The notes under the pieces: generated by a model
Databases searched by the model: none
What the model saw: only the letters and a program-made list of their open reading frames with translations
Told to the model about the DNA's origin: nothing
Position numbers and translations under genes: made by a program
NCBI GenBank assembly: GCA_002269645.1
Contig: NIVC01000142.1
Location: 186,001 to 250,000 of the forward strand
Length of the DNA: 64,000 nt
Direction of reading: 5' to 3'
Source of the DNA: Macrostomum lignano
Lineage: Eukaryota
In this document: positions 39,179 to 51,174 of the stretch, piece by piece
Numbering within the stretch: the first letter of the stretch is position 1
How the letters are laid out: every line of letters starts with the position of its first letter

Positions 39179-39208
39179 TTCATGCCTCAGAAAGCTGCAC
39201 CAGCTCAG
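39179..39208 (+). CDS. Candidate 30-nt micro-exon (FMPQKAAPAQ) of the uncharacterised protein
   Basis: GATTACAG| and CAG|GTAGGA, phase 0/0, open. Confidence 0.45.
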
Positions 39209-39399
39209 GTAGGAAAATTTTGATCAAAACTACCTTAATTAGCACTCTCCATCCTTTTTGAGGTTTTTGCTGTTCTATTGTTTGATTTTTAAGTCAATCC
39301 TCTTTTTAGCTTTACCTTTGCTAGTGCCCTTTGAGTTTATCTACTTTGCTGCCCAATTGGGATGTTTTATCTCAAGGTAATTATTACTTTGTAGTCCCC

Positions 39400-40020
39400 A
39401 ATCTCAGATCCCAGTTCCACAATCCCAGATCCACAATCTTAAATCCCTGGTCCCAGATCCCATTTCCCGAATCCCAGATCCCAAATCTTAGATCCCAAAT
39501 CTCAAATCCCAAATCTCAGATCCCAAATCTCATATCCCAAATCTCATATCCCAAATCTCATATCCCAAATCTCATATCCCAAATCTCAGATCCGCAATCC
39601 TAGATCCCAAATCCCAAATCTCATATCCCAAATCTCATATCCCAAATCTCAGATCCCCAATCCTAGATCCCAAATCCCAAATCCCAGATCCCAAATCTCA
39701 GATCCTAAATCTCAGATCCCAAATCCCAGATCCCAAATCTCAGATCCCAAATCTCAGATCCCAAATCCCAGATCCCAAATCCCAGATCCCAAATCCCAGA
39801 TCCCAAATCCCAGATCCCAAATCCCAGATCCCAAATCCCAGATCCTAAATTCCGGAATTCGAATGCTAGATCCCAAATCATATATCCTAACTCCTCAGTC
39901 TCAGATCTCAGATCCTAAATCGTAGATCCCAATATCCCAGATTCTTACTCCCAGATCACAAATTTAAATATCAGATCCCAGATCCTTAATTTCAGTCTGT
40001 AATCCCAGATCTTCTTATTC
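39400..40020 (-). repeat. Degenerate 14-bp relative (ATCCCAAATCTCAG / ATCCCAAATCCCAG)n
   Basis: Same period as and related to the 38316-39078 array. Confidence 0.9.
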
Positions 40021-40514
40021 CAAATCTAGGGTCGCAGCTACCGTGGGTGTAAACTTATTATCAGACTTTCCTGTTGTGCACCCAAATTAGCGATTTCTTT
40101 GCTATGTATTGATTATGCAATTATGAAACCTTTGTTTGGGATCTCGGTTTTCATTCTTTAGAGACTGTGTTTATTTGTGCCTCTAATTGATAGATTATAC
40201 TTTTTATTGAAAGCCAAAAATATTGTAGTAAGTGCAAATATTTAGTTTAGTCTTAATTGTTACAATATTGACCTGTTCTCAAAATTATTTTGAGGGAGCA
40301 CTGTGTTCCTCACTTTTCCTTAATTTACTTGTCACCATTTTGCGTAAATTCGTTCTATTTCATTTCTATGGTCTTAAATTTTATAGCTTTATTAATTAAG
40401 GTTTCTTCATTTCGGCTGTTGTTGGCAATGTTGGCAATGTTGGGGAATGTTGGCAATTATTTATAGAGTTAAAATCTCAAACATTGCTCTCATTTTTTTG
40501 AATAGGCGTAGGAA

Positions 40515-41190
40515 AATGTTCTGGGAGGGACAGGGCGTGAGGTGGGAGGACAGGGGTAGGACAGTTTTCTGGGGAGAGGCATGGCGTGAGTTAGGCGGAT
40601 AGGGGTAGGAAAATGTGCGGGGAGGGACAGGGCGTGAGGTGGGCGGATAGGGGTAGGAAAATGTGCGGAGAGGGACAGGGCGTGAGGTGGGCGGATAGGG
40701 GTAGGAAATTTTTCTGGGGACGGGCAGAGCGTGAGGTGGGCGGATAGAGGTAGGAAAGTTAATGGAGAGGGGCGGGGCGTGAGGTGGGCGGATAGGGGTA
40801 GGAAAATGTGCGGAGAGGGACAGGGCGTGAGGTGGGCGGATAGGGGTAGGAAATTTTTCTGGGGACGGGCAGAGCGTGAGGTGGGCGGATAGAGGTAGGA
40901 AAGTTAATGGAGAGGGGCGGGGCGTGAGGTGGGCGGATAGGGGTAGGAAAATGTGCGAAGAGGGACAGGGCGTGAGGTGGGCGGATAGGGGTAGGAAATT
41001 TTTCTGGGGACGGGCAGGGCGTGAGGTGGGCGGATAGGGGTAAAAAAATGTGCGGAGAAGGACAGGGCGTGAGGTGGGCGGATGGGGGTAGGAAATTTTT
41101 CTGGGGACGGGCAGGGCGTGAGGTGGGCGGATAGGGGTAGGAAATTTTTCTGGGGACGGGCAGGGCGTGAGGTGGGCGGATAGGGGTAGA
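40515..41190. repeat. ~48-49-bp G-rich minisatellite (CAGGGCGTGAGGTGGGCGGATAGGGGTAGGAAA...)
   Basis: Unit starts at 40628, 40676, 40725 ... Confidence 0.93.
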
Positions 41191-41294
41191 AGGGTGTCAA
41201 TTCGTTCACCTTTTTATACAATAGAAATTGCAAAGACCCACTCTAAAAGGACTGGGGACTAATGATGACCTTCCTTTGTAACTCCCATCTACAG

Positions 41295-41354
41295 ATGTCA
41301 GAGAGCGACGGAGTTACGGACGAGTTCCTAAGCCTTCGCGAGCGTCTAAATCTT
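41295..41354 (+). CDS. Uncharacterised protein exon 10
   Basis: ATCTACAG| MSESDGVTDEFLSLRERLNL |GTAAGT. Confidence 0.75.
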
Positions 41355-41435
41355 GTAAGTTTCATTTAAAAAATCAATAGTATATGCTGTACAATTTTAG
41401 TCCTAAAACAATTGTTAAACTCTCTACGCCTGCAG

Positions 41436-41485
41436 GGCCGCCGAAGCAGCCAGTCAGAGGTGCCGGCTTTTCCACCCAGCCACAG
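41436..41485 (+). CDS. Uncharacterised protein exon 11
   Basis: CCTGCAG| GRRSSQSEVPAFPPSH AG|GTAATT, phase 0/2. Confidence 0.75.
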
Positions 41486-41734
41486 GTAATTTTGGTGCTG
41501 TTAAGAAGCAAGAATTTGCATTAGCTTATTCGGCTAGTGTGTAGCATATTACATTATTGATGATAGATATCCTATGCCCAGATATCCTGTTTGAAACTAA
41601 TCTACTGCATGCTTTACTACGGCTCGTAACTAAAGCTAGTTAATCCCATGATAATGCCTTTTTATAGAGTTAGCTTTACGTAGCTAAATACCACTTTAAC
41701 AAAGGAGCTAGAGGGTAATTTGCTCTTCAATCCA

Positions 41735-42420
41735 TATTGAATTAGCAATCTATTCCAATCTTCAATCCTTATTGGCTAGATTAGCAATCCATTTCTACTA
41801 AAAATACATTAATGAGACATGGTTCTTGCCACGAGTGCCTAAAAGTAATCATTGTCTACCTCCAGAAACATACACATAACAAACAATTATTCAATCCTTA
41901 GTGGCTAAATTAGCTATCTATTCTATACTTCTTTTCAATCGTTATTGGCTAGATTAGCAATCCATTCGATTCTTCAATCATTATTGGCTAGATTAGCAAT
42001 CAATTCTATTCTTCAATCGTTATTGGCTAGATTAGCAATCCATTCGATTCTTCAATCATTATTGGCTAGATTAGCAATCCATTCTATTCTTCAATCGTTA
42101 TTGGCTAGATTAGCAATCCATTCTATTCTTCAATCTTTATTGGCTACATTAGCAATCCATTCTATTCTTCAATAATTATTGGCTAGATTTGCAATCCATT
42201 CCATTCTTTAATAATTTTTGGCTAGATTTGCAATCCATTCCATTCTTTAATAATTTTTGGCTAGATTTGCAATCCATTCTATACTTTAATCCTCTTTGAT
42301 TGATTAGCAATCCATTCCATTCTTCAATCATTATTGGCTAGATTAGCAATCCATTCCATTCTTCAATATTTATTGGCTAGATTAGCAATCCATTTTATTA
42401 CCTAATCCCAATGGCTATAT
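41735..42420. repeat. 39-bp minisatellite (TTATTGGCTAGATTAGCAATCCATTCTATTCTTCAATC)n
   Basis: Tandem units with degenerate flanks. Confidence 0.92.
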
Positions 42421-43047
42421 TAGCAGGTAAGGCTAACGCCAATCCTATTGGCAAGTACTTTTAGTCACATGATCAGCTTCAAACAGTGCGAAAGGCTATG
42501 CGCAAGATTTTTGCAATAAAAAATATTTGTTCTCTCGCTGAACCAGCTTGCAGCTTCGCCGGCGCACAATGTTCAGGTTTGATACCACGCGATTTCGATA
42601 GAAAAATTCTGTTTCCTCTCTATCTATCCGTTTCCCAGAAATTACCTGCTGCTTTTATACAGTGGAAATTTATCGATTTTTGCATTATGCTACTCTGCCA
42701 CTCTTAAATGCATTTGTTGCCATTTTTGTCTTGGAGAAAATTCGCCACTACAACACTTGCTATGCTACTGAATAAACCGCATTTTCAATAGTTTGTTCGA
42801 ATGTTTTGAATGAAATTATCACTTTCTATTAAGAGGATGAATCCTGTTTTTAACCTATCTCTGTCTCTATGCCTTACCTTTTTGTATACAGCTTATTTTA
42901 TCGGAATCACGGCTGCTACTAGCTTTAATTATTAATTAGATTGACAATTTCTCTACTTTCAGCTCAGTAGTAAGAAACAATGCGTAAGCTATTTTTTGAT
43001 AATATACATATAAAATTGCTATCAGTGCAGCCGTGATTTGCATTAAC

Positions 43048-43500
43048 AGGCAGCTTAAGGCTGCTGGAACACGGAACACCGGGAAAGCCAATAAAAATGG
43101 GTGGAGGTAGAGATTCTGTGCGGACGAGTTCAGCTGGGGGTGGGGGTAATAAAATCAGTCTTCCTGTCCTGAAATGTGCGTGGTGTAGGCAGCTTAAGGC
43201 TGGAACACCGGGGAAGCCAATAAAAATGGGTGGGGTAGAGATTCTGTGCGGACGGGTTCAGCTGGGGGTGGGGGTAATAAAATCAGTCTTCCTGTCCTGA
43301 AATGTGCATGGTGTAGGCAGCTTAAGGCTGGAACACCGGGGAAGCCAATAAAAATGGGTGGGGGTAGAGATTCTGTGCGGACGGGTTCAGCTGGGGGTGG
43401 GGGTAATAAAATCAGTCTTCCTGTCCTGAAATGTGCATGGTGTAGGCAGCTTAAGGCTGGAACACCGGGGAAGCCAATAAAATGGGGGTAGAGATTCTGC
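43048..43500. repeat. ~129-bp tandem repeat, ~3.4 copies
   Basis: AGGCAGCTTAAGGCTG recurs at ~43048, 43187, 43315, 43444. Confidence 0.92.
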
Positions 43501-43753
43501 GCGGATTGCGGAATGACGCGGTCGGAAGGGTTCAGCTAGTGGGGGGGGGATATACTAGGGGGGTAATAAATGAGTCTATTCCTTTCCTAAAATACAATTA
43601 AATGAATCTGTTTAACTGTCTACTGAACTGAAAGTAGTAGCTTACACACAAATGTGCTCAGTGGTCTATGATATGAGTTGGTGCTAAAAGAGCCAATAAT
43701 GACAATTCTATTTTATCCTCTACTCAAATCCCTCAACCCTCCGGCAACTGCAG

Positions 43754-43867
43754 GCTGGATCCGATCGAGGCCGGCCAGGTGTTGAACTTTGTCTCGCCGG
43801 TGTCCTTTCTGGTGCAGGTGAACCGCATCGACTCGCCGGGCACCCCGACGCCGCCTTCGTCGCCAGC

Positions 43868-43918
<51 letters not shown>

Positions 43919-44137
43919 AATCTTCAGCACCCAGCAGTCGACATCGTCGAGCTCTCAGCAGCAGTTGCCGTCGTTCCGTTCGCTGCTCTGCCTGATGCTG
44001 CACACCTGCGCGGAGTCGCTGGCTGACGGCAGCTGGGAGCTGCGCAGGATGGGCAGGCAGGCCTTCGTAGCCGTCGGGCAGCTGCTACTGGCTTATGACA
44101 GGCGGCTGTTTGAGCACACGGTTAGCACGCATCTCAG
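43754..44137 (+). CDS. Uncharacterised protein exon 12
   Basis: CTGCAG|G LDPIEAGQ...poly-Gly...AESLADGSWELRRMGRQAF...THL AG|GTGAAT, phase 2/2. Confidence 0.85.
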
Positions 44138-44169
44138 GTGAATGCCTGCTGCATTGTTGGAACTTGATT

Positions 44170-44632
44170 TTTGGATTGTCTTTGTTAGGTGTCTTTGGGT
44201 TGTGATTGATTGTATTGCCTTTGTTCAGGGTGTCTTTGTTCAGGGTGTCTTCGTTCAATGTGTTTTTGTTCAGCTTGTCTTTGTTCCAGGGTCTTTTTTC
44301 CATTTGTCTTTGTTCAGTTTGTCTTTGTTCCAGGGTGGCTTTGTTCCATGTGTCTTTGTTCAGCTTGTCTTTGTTCAGTATGTCTTTGTTCCAGGGTGTC
44401 TTTGTCCAGTGTGTCTTTGTTTAAGGTGTCTTTGTTCAGGGTGTCTTTGTTCCAGGGTGTCTTTGTTCAGTATAAGTCTCTGTCAGTGTGTCTTTATTCA
44501 ATGTGTCTTTGTTCAGGGTGTCTTTGTTCCAGGGTGTCTTTGTTCAGTATAAGTCTCTGTCAGTGTGTCTTTGTTCAAGGTGTCTTAGATCAGGGTGTCT
44601 TTGTCCTGGTTTGTCTGTTGAGATGTCTTTGT
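44170..44632. repeat. 15-16-bp minisatellite (TGTCTTTGTTCAGGG)n
   Basis: Tandem degenerate units. Confidence 0.92.
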
Positions 44633-44670
44633 CCTTGCAACCATCCGAACCCGAAACCCACTCTCCCAAG

Positions 44671-45316
44671 ATACGAGCCCTCCGTGATGACCTTCTGCGT
44701 TCTCTGGATGGTGCGCGACGCCCTACTAGCGCAGACCCGGATGCAGCAGCAGCAGCAACAGCAGCAGCTGGAGATCCCAGCAGCCTGGCTGACCTCCTGC
44801 CGTCACTACCTGACCGAGTTCCCGCTCAACTGCGTCAGCGTCCACGCCGCCGACGTGCTGTTCCTGGCTGCACAGCCCTCGGCTCTGCCCGCGCCAGACG
44901 CCGGCGCCATCATCGGCTGTCTGCGCGCTATCGACGCCGCCCTGGCCGGAGGCGGCGACGTTGAGGTCGAACTGACGCTGCTGACTACGCTGAGCGTGAC
45001 GGCCAGTCCGGCCGACTTCCTGCTCACCCTGCTGGAGGCCTGCGCGCCCCGCTTGACTGCCTTTGCCGCGGTCGGCCAGCTGGACTGCGCAGGCCGGCTG
45101 CTGCCGCTCTGCCTTGGCTGGCTGCGTATCGTCGGCCGCGGCGGCAGGGGGCAGCGGCGAACCTCCGCTGGTTTTACCGTCGGCGGTGTCGTTGGCATCT
45201 CGACGGCTTCGTCGGCGGCGGCAGTAACGGCTTCGACAACCGACTCGGTGGAGGCCGGCCGCCTGCTGCTGAACTGCGTAGCCGTTCTGGCCGAGCGAAT
45301 CGCCGCCATCGGAGAG
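44671..45316 (+). CDS. Uncharacterised protein exon 13
   Basis: CTCCCAAG|A YEPSVMTFCVLWMVRDALL...ERIAAIGE |GTGCGG, phase 2/0. Confidence 0.85.
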
Positions 45317-45554
45317 GTGCGGCTCCTTGGCTGGGCGATGGGCTTTTCCGTGGAATTACCGTGGAATTACCGTGGGATTCCCTCTTTTGGAGCTTCCCAA
45401 ATCAAAAAGATTTTGCGAAACGTTGACACGGGGAATTCCCAGATATAATACTACTGTACGGGATTCCCCAGATGGCTTCCAATTTCGTATTCCCAGTTTG
45501 AATTTGTCGTTGGGATTCTATCTTTCAGAGTTATCTATTGAGGTTCCCCATCAG

Positions 45555-45700
45555 GATTTCCTCTCGGGATTCTCAATTGGGATTCCCATTGGGATTCTCC
45601 ATCGGGATTCCCATTGGGATTCTCCATCGGGATTCCCATTGGGATTCTCCATCGGGATTCCCATTGGGATTCTCCATTGGGATTCTCCATTAGGATTATT
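45555..45700. repeat. Short GGGATTCTCCATC/GGGATTCCCATT repeat
   Basis: Tandem 12+13-bp units. Confidence 0.8.
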
Positions 45701-45892
45701 TATCGGAATTCCCTCTTTAATTAATCAGTTGGGATTCAGATCGAAATTTACTATTGGAATTCCTTGTTGGGATTCACGCTGCAATATAAATTCACGGGCG
45801 TCCTCAGTCGTTTTCCAGCTGGTAATATCCCTTAGTGATCGCCACATTCTACTAGAAGGATTCCTTTATTCCCCTTTTTTTCGCCAACTCAG

Positions 45893-46177
45893 GTGAAACC
45901 GGGCTACAGCGGCTCCCTGGAAGAGTGGACGGCCGCCACGGCTCTGTCCGGCGAAGCCCTCGAACGGCTGGCCGACTTGATGCGCTTGGAGCCTTCGATT
46001 TGGCTGGCCTACAGGCGGCACCTGATGTCGGCTGTGCGCTGCCTGCTGCCCATCGCTGCCATCGGCTGCAGCTTGTCGCCCAGCGATGCGCCTTCGGGTC
46101 GGACAGCGGCGGCAGCGGCATCGGCGGCTGCCAGCATCGATAGCCTCGTGGCCGCGGTGGCCTCTCAGCTAGTTAAG
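45893..46177 (+). CDS. Uncharacterised protein exon 14
   Basis: CAACTCAG| VKPGYSGSLEEW...SQLVK |GTGCTT, phase 0/0. Confidence 0.85.
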
Positions 46178-46234
46178 GTGCTTGTTGGTTGATGGCTGGT
46201 TTGTTTAAAATATGCATTAGTTATGTAACTTTGC

Positions 46235-46560
46235 ATCCTTCCCGGGTGTACATTCTACCCCAATATACATTCTCTGGGTGTAGATTCTACCCTACTACAC
46301 ATTTTCTGACTGTAGATTCTACCCCAATGTACACTCTGTGACTGTAAATTCTACTCCAATGCACATTCTGCAACTGTACATTCTATCCCAATGCACATTC
46401 TGTGACTGTACATTATATCCCAATGTACACTCTGTGACTGTACATTATATCCCAATGCACACTCTGTGACTGTACATTCTACCCCAGTGTACACTCTGTG
46501 ACACTGTACATTCTACCCTAATGTACATTCTGTGACTGTACATTCTACCCCTATACAACG
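46235..46560. repeat. 32-bp minisatellite (TGTACATTCTACCCCAATGTACACTCTGTGAC)n
   Basis: Tandem degenerate units. Confidence 0.9.
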
Positions 46561-46605
46561 CACATTCTCCGGGTATACTCACCATGGCCTCCACACCGCC
46601 CTCAG

Positions 46606-46777
46606 CTGCCAGACGTCGGCAGCTCTCAGAAGTCGGCAAGCAACGGTCCAGCTGACAAGGCCTCGCAGATGCGGGCCAGCAAGCGTCGGCAGTTCAAGCT
46701 GTACGCCAGCCAGTCCACGGTGCACTCGGACGATGCGTCCGACAATTCCGACAATCAGGGCTCGGATATTTCTGATG
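46606..46777 (+). CDS. Uncharacterised protein exon 15
   Basis: CCCTCAG| LPDVGSSQK...KRRQFKLYASQSTVHSDD...SD G|GTGAGG, phase 0/1. Confidence 0.8.
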
Positions 46778-46884
46778 GTGAGGCTGAGTTTAACTGCTTG
46801 CCGATGCTGGCAAATCTTTCTGTACCCGAATTTGACACCTTAAATATTAGACATATGCCTAATACGTTGATTCTTGCTTAGTTA

Positions 46885-47195
46885 CTCAATCAGCGCAACA
46901 TATCGGCAAACAGTTCTTTATTCAATAATTACAACATATCGGCAAACAGTACGTTATTTAATAATCACAACATATCGGCCAACAGTTCTTTATTCAATAA
47001 TCATAACATATCGGCAAACAGTACGTTATTCAATAATCACAACATATCGGCAAACAGTTCGTTATTCAATAATCACAACATATCGGCAAACAGTACGTTA
47101 TTTAATAATCAAAGCATATCGGCAAACAGTAAGATATTCAATCATTACAACATATCGGCAAATAGCACGTTATTCAATCATCGCGACATATCGGT
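46885..47195. repeat. 36-bp minisatellite (ACAACATATCGGCAAACAGTACGTTATTCAATAATC)n
   Basis: Tandem units. Confidence 0.92.
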
Positions 47196-47212
47196 ACACG
47201 CCCATTCCGCAG

Positions 47213-47610
47213 GCGAGGACTCCGTGTACAACCCAATTGCCAGTCTGGGCGCCGGCAACAACGGATTCGATCGGACAAGCCGGCAGCGCGTCATCAGCAA
47301 CTGCCTGACCGAGGACGAGGCCGAGGACAGCAGCAGCGAAGCGGCCGCCTCCGACTGGGACTCCAGCAGCGCCGGCGACTCTGACCCGGGGCGCCCGGCC
47401 GATCCTCGGGTCCGGCAGGACTCTTCGGAGCAGCAGAAGCTCGGCCTGGCGTTCCTGTCTGAGGCCAGGGAGATTTTTGTGGCGCTGAGTCGGGCGGCGC
47501 CAGAGCACCTGGTAGACAGCGCCGCCCGACTGAAACCCGAGGAGCGGCTGCGGGTCGAGGCGATGGCGGCGGCGAGGGAGGCGGCCGGCGAGCCCGAGAC
47601 TCAGCTCTGA
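47213..47610 (+). CDS. Uncharacterised protein exon 16 (stop)
   Basis: TTCCGCAG|GC EDSVYNPIASL...GEPETQL*, phase 1. Confidence 0.85.
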
Positions 47611-47611
47611 C

Positions 47612-47955
47612 CAGCTGATTAGCTAATTAGGACTGTCTGAACAACTAATTAGGACTGTCTGACTAACTTATTAGGACTGTCTGACCAACTATTTAGGACT
47701 GTCTGACCAACTTATTAGGACTGTCTGACCAACTTATTAGGACTGTCTGACCAACTTATTAGGACTGTCTGACCAACTATTTAGGACTGTCTGACCAACT
47801 TATTAGGACTGTCTGACCAACTATTTAGGACTGTCTGACCAACTTATTAGGACTGTCTGACCAACTTATTAGGACTGTCTGACCAACTTATTAGGACTGT
47901 CTGACCAACTTATTAGGACTGTCTGACCAACCGATAAGAAACGTCTGATCAGCTG
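47612..47955. repeat. 22-bp minisatellite (TTAGGACTGTCTGACCAACTTA)n directly after the stop codon
   Basis: Tandem units. Confidence 0.93.
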
Positions 47956-49144
47956 ATTAGTATGTTTTGATACTCTATCAACTTTCTGCCATTTTAAATG
48001 CAATTGTTTTAGCAATTACTACATCTAGTTATTGATGTTTAATTGACAATTTGTATTGGATTTCATTCTTACATTGTTTTTATTCCATGCACTTGCGATA
48101 CTACTACTTGTACTACTACTAAATGGCTAACTCTATACTACTTATGAGTAACAAGCAGGCCAACCAACCGCACTATATAGCTAGTTGAATGTTTATCGCT
48201 GCGCGATGGCCTTAATAATTGCAAAGTTTCTGTTCCGCAGCTTCTGTTCTACATCATCTTTTTTAAGCAGTTCAGTTCTATGGGTAACTTACAGGTAAAG
48301 AAGGTAAGGATTTGTTATATTCCATTATGCTTTTCTGACATTCCATTCAACGCCTGCTATTTATTGCCACGAACTAGTCCCAGTTTAAATAAATCTTTAT
48401 TTCTAAGAAATTTTTGTTATAGTAACTGTCCCGCTCTGTTTTTAAAATAGCTGATTTCTTAGAAACCAACATTCCACTGCTGCGGTCGGATCACGCACAT
48501 TCTAGGAAAGCGAAAAAATCACGTATTTTTTATTTATATTTTTTGCCGTTTAGTGAGCTTTGATTATTAAATATTGGTATTCGGAATTCTGTGAACAAAT
48601 TTTCAGTGTTTTAAAAAACCGCCTTTTCGTGACAGTTTCGTTTATACATGTTTTTTGTTATACTGACTGGCTGCGCTTTGTAATACATTTATTTTTTTTA
48701 TTATTTTCTTCTTCTAAGGGAAGTTTAATTATCTAGGCTTGAGTGAGCTCAATAGTTTAATCTACTCAATAAATCAGCCAGACACATGTCATGATGAAAA
48801 TAAAATGAAGCTATCTGTGACTAGTGGCGTCTTTATATATATTTACTCTGGCATTGAAACAGGCTCTTGGGCCAGAGAGTTTAAGTATTGTGCACATTTG
48901 TTCCTTATTTTGCACAAACTTTATCGGCAGTTAATTTACGATTGATGTTACACACGGTTATATTGTACCATAGACGCTAATTATCATCAGAAAAGTTAAT
49001 AGAAACTCAGAGATAATACTCTGCTAAATGTGTAAGCTCTAGTCATTTTATTCAAACAGCATTTTAATACTTCTGACGCAAAAAAGGTACAGAGTAAAGG
49101 CTGAAAATTTTTTTCGAACTATGCACTACTTGACGTACTTTCTG

Positions 49145-49204
49145 ATGCTGCACTTGTTGGTAAGACTTTTTTTCACTGTTATTGCTGATGGCCTTTTAAA
49201 CCAG
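49145..49204 (+). CDS. NCSTN: Nicastrin-like, candidate signal-peptide exon 1 (MLHLLVRLFFTVIADGLLNQ)
   Basis: Hydrophobic N-terminus, donor CAG|GTAAAA phase 0. Joins to WGQG-QTVRHQRVY (cf. human CRG-NSVERKIY). An alternative near 48200-48294 is not excluded. Confidence 0.45.
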
Positions 49205-49317
49205 GTAAAAATAATCTTCAATGAGATGTACGTACAAGCGGAGCTTCGATAAGCCACCAAGCCCCACCCCAAATCAGATGTACACACAAGCCCTCCTCTC
49301 TCCGATAAACCGCCCGA

Positions 49318-50079
49318 TAGGGGTCACAATCCCGGGATTCCGGGATTTTGGGCTTTTTCCGGGATCCCGGGATTCACAGTGTCGGGATTCAATCCCGGAA
49401 AGTAAATGCTATGTTTTTATAATGTCTGATATAATAGCAATTAGCAATACATAAGTCTTTTATGGCAGTTAGGTAAAATATGGAACATCATGCTTCCATG
49501 TCCACTCTCTGTTGCCCACTTTGTAAAATCTTTGATGTTGTTTTGAGTTTGCAGTCTTGTTTAAATAATTTAACGTTGTTTTTAAATTTTGAACTCATCG
49601 TGCATGTCGTGACAACCGGACAACGTGAATGCCCACTGCCCAGACAGTAGTAGGTTGTGATTGTTAATGTAATAAATACATTCATATTGCTTTGCACAGT
49701 GATAAATGTACATTACATAATCTAATACGTGTTATACATAGTATCTATGCATATTAAAATATTTATATTACGAGTAGTAATATACTACTATAATATTTAA
49801 TATACTACGAGTATGATAACATCATTGTTATAATGTTGTATATTACATTACCAGCCTAGCATTACCCCTTTATAGCTCCTACCATACCCTTTAGCTCCTA
49901 CCATAACTGTTAGCGTTATAAAAATGTCATTCGCAGCATTTTTATAACATTATAACCATGTTATAACAAGGATGGTACTGGAAAATATCAATCCTGGGAT
50001 AATCCCGGGATCCCGGGATTTGACATTTCCTAATCCCGGGATCCCGGGATTAACAGAATACGGGATGTTTTTACCCCTA
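49318..50079. mobile_element. hAT-like MITE candidate in nicastrin intron 1
   Basis: Imperfect TIRs TAGGGGT..AATCCCG / CGGGAT..ACCCCTA, subterminal CCGGGAT/ATCCCGG clusters at both ends, AT-rich interior. Putative TSD matches only 5/8 (CCGCCcga/CCGCCagg). Confidence 0.5.
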
Positions 50080-50166
50080 CCGCCAGGCGCCAAGCCCTAC
50101 CCTAAAATCAGATGTACACACGGTCCACAACAGTCCAACCCGCCAATCTCCCCAACACTTGAACAG

Positions 50167-50610
50167 TGGGGCCAGGGCCAGACGGTGAGGCACCAGCGAG
50201 TGTACCGGTCTGTGGGCAGTCACAGTCTTGGCTACTGCGTCCAGATGGTGACTGGCAGCAGCCGACAGCCAATCGGCTGCCAGAGCCGCATCGGCGGCAA
50301 TTTCGGTCAACTTCGCTGGTGGCTTGACGAAGCCGACCAATTGAACAGCGTGGGCGACGCCGCTACTGGCGCCGGCAGGCACTTGGTAGCGGTCGTCAAT
50401 GACTCGGAGTTCCAGCGTCAGTGGCGGAGAAACTTCGCCGATTGGGGCAGCGTGAGCGGCGCCATCGTGTTGATGCAGTCGGAAGCTGAGGCTGAGGCTG
50501 TCAATCAGACAGCTGCCGCTGTGCGGTGGAACGGCGGCTGGAACCTGCCCGACGAACTGCAGATCGTAGCGGCCCAGGTGCCAATCCCGTTCCCGGCCGT
50601 GCTAATTACG
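50167..50610 (+). CDS. NCSTN: Nicastrin-like (gamma-secretase subunit), exon 2
   Basis: CVQMV...QPIGCQSRIGGNFGQL (human CVRLL..HQIGCQSSISGDTGVI); WNG...PFPAVLI. Donor ACG|GTAGGT. Confidence 0.85.
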
Positions 50611-50702
50611 GTAGGTGTGCAGATTAGTATCTTATTATTCTGGACTTCCGGGTGACGAATGGCGCTGAATGGCTTTTCGCCATAGACAAATCTGCACTAC
50701 AG

Positions 50703-51167
50703 AGACAGGAACAGCTGGGACACACAACCGCGTTCATCCCCACCCCTCGCTCCTTCTGCCGTCCCGCTCAGGCGGACACCCTCGAGGCCGCCGCAGGCCA
50801 GTCGTTGCCGAGCCTTCGCCGACTGGCCCGTCTACATGCTGGGCTGCACTTTGGCTACTCGGGCCTCACCAACAGCCGTCGGTGCCGCAGGCGCCAGCAG
50901 GCCAGGCTCACAGCCGCCCTGGGCCGCTACCTTACCGGCGAGCTCCAGCCCGGAGCCAATCTGCTGTGCGACTCCCTCGCCGAGGAGTCCTTGGCCTGGA
51001 CGGCGGCCGAGCTGCCCAGGGCTGTCAGCCGCCGGAATCGCAGCGTCCTGCTAGTTGTCGCCAGGCTGGACCAGTTCAGCGTCTTCGCCAACTGGCAAGT
51101 CGGCGGCGAGCAGCTGCACAACAGCCTGGCTGCGGCTGCGTCTCTGGCCGGGGCTCTGGCCACCTGG
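50703..51167 (+). CDS. NCSTN: Nicastrin-like, exon 3
   Basis: CRRR...LCDSLAEESLAW and VLLVVARLDQFSVF...GGEQ (human VVAATRLDSRSFF..GAES). Acceptor position approximate; donor TGG|GTTAGT. Confidence 0.8.
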
Positions 51168-51174
51168 GTTAGTT

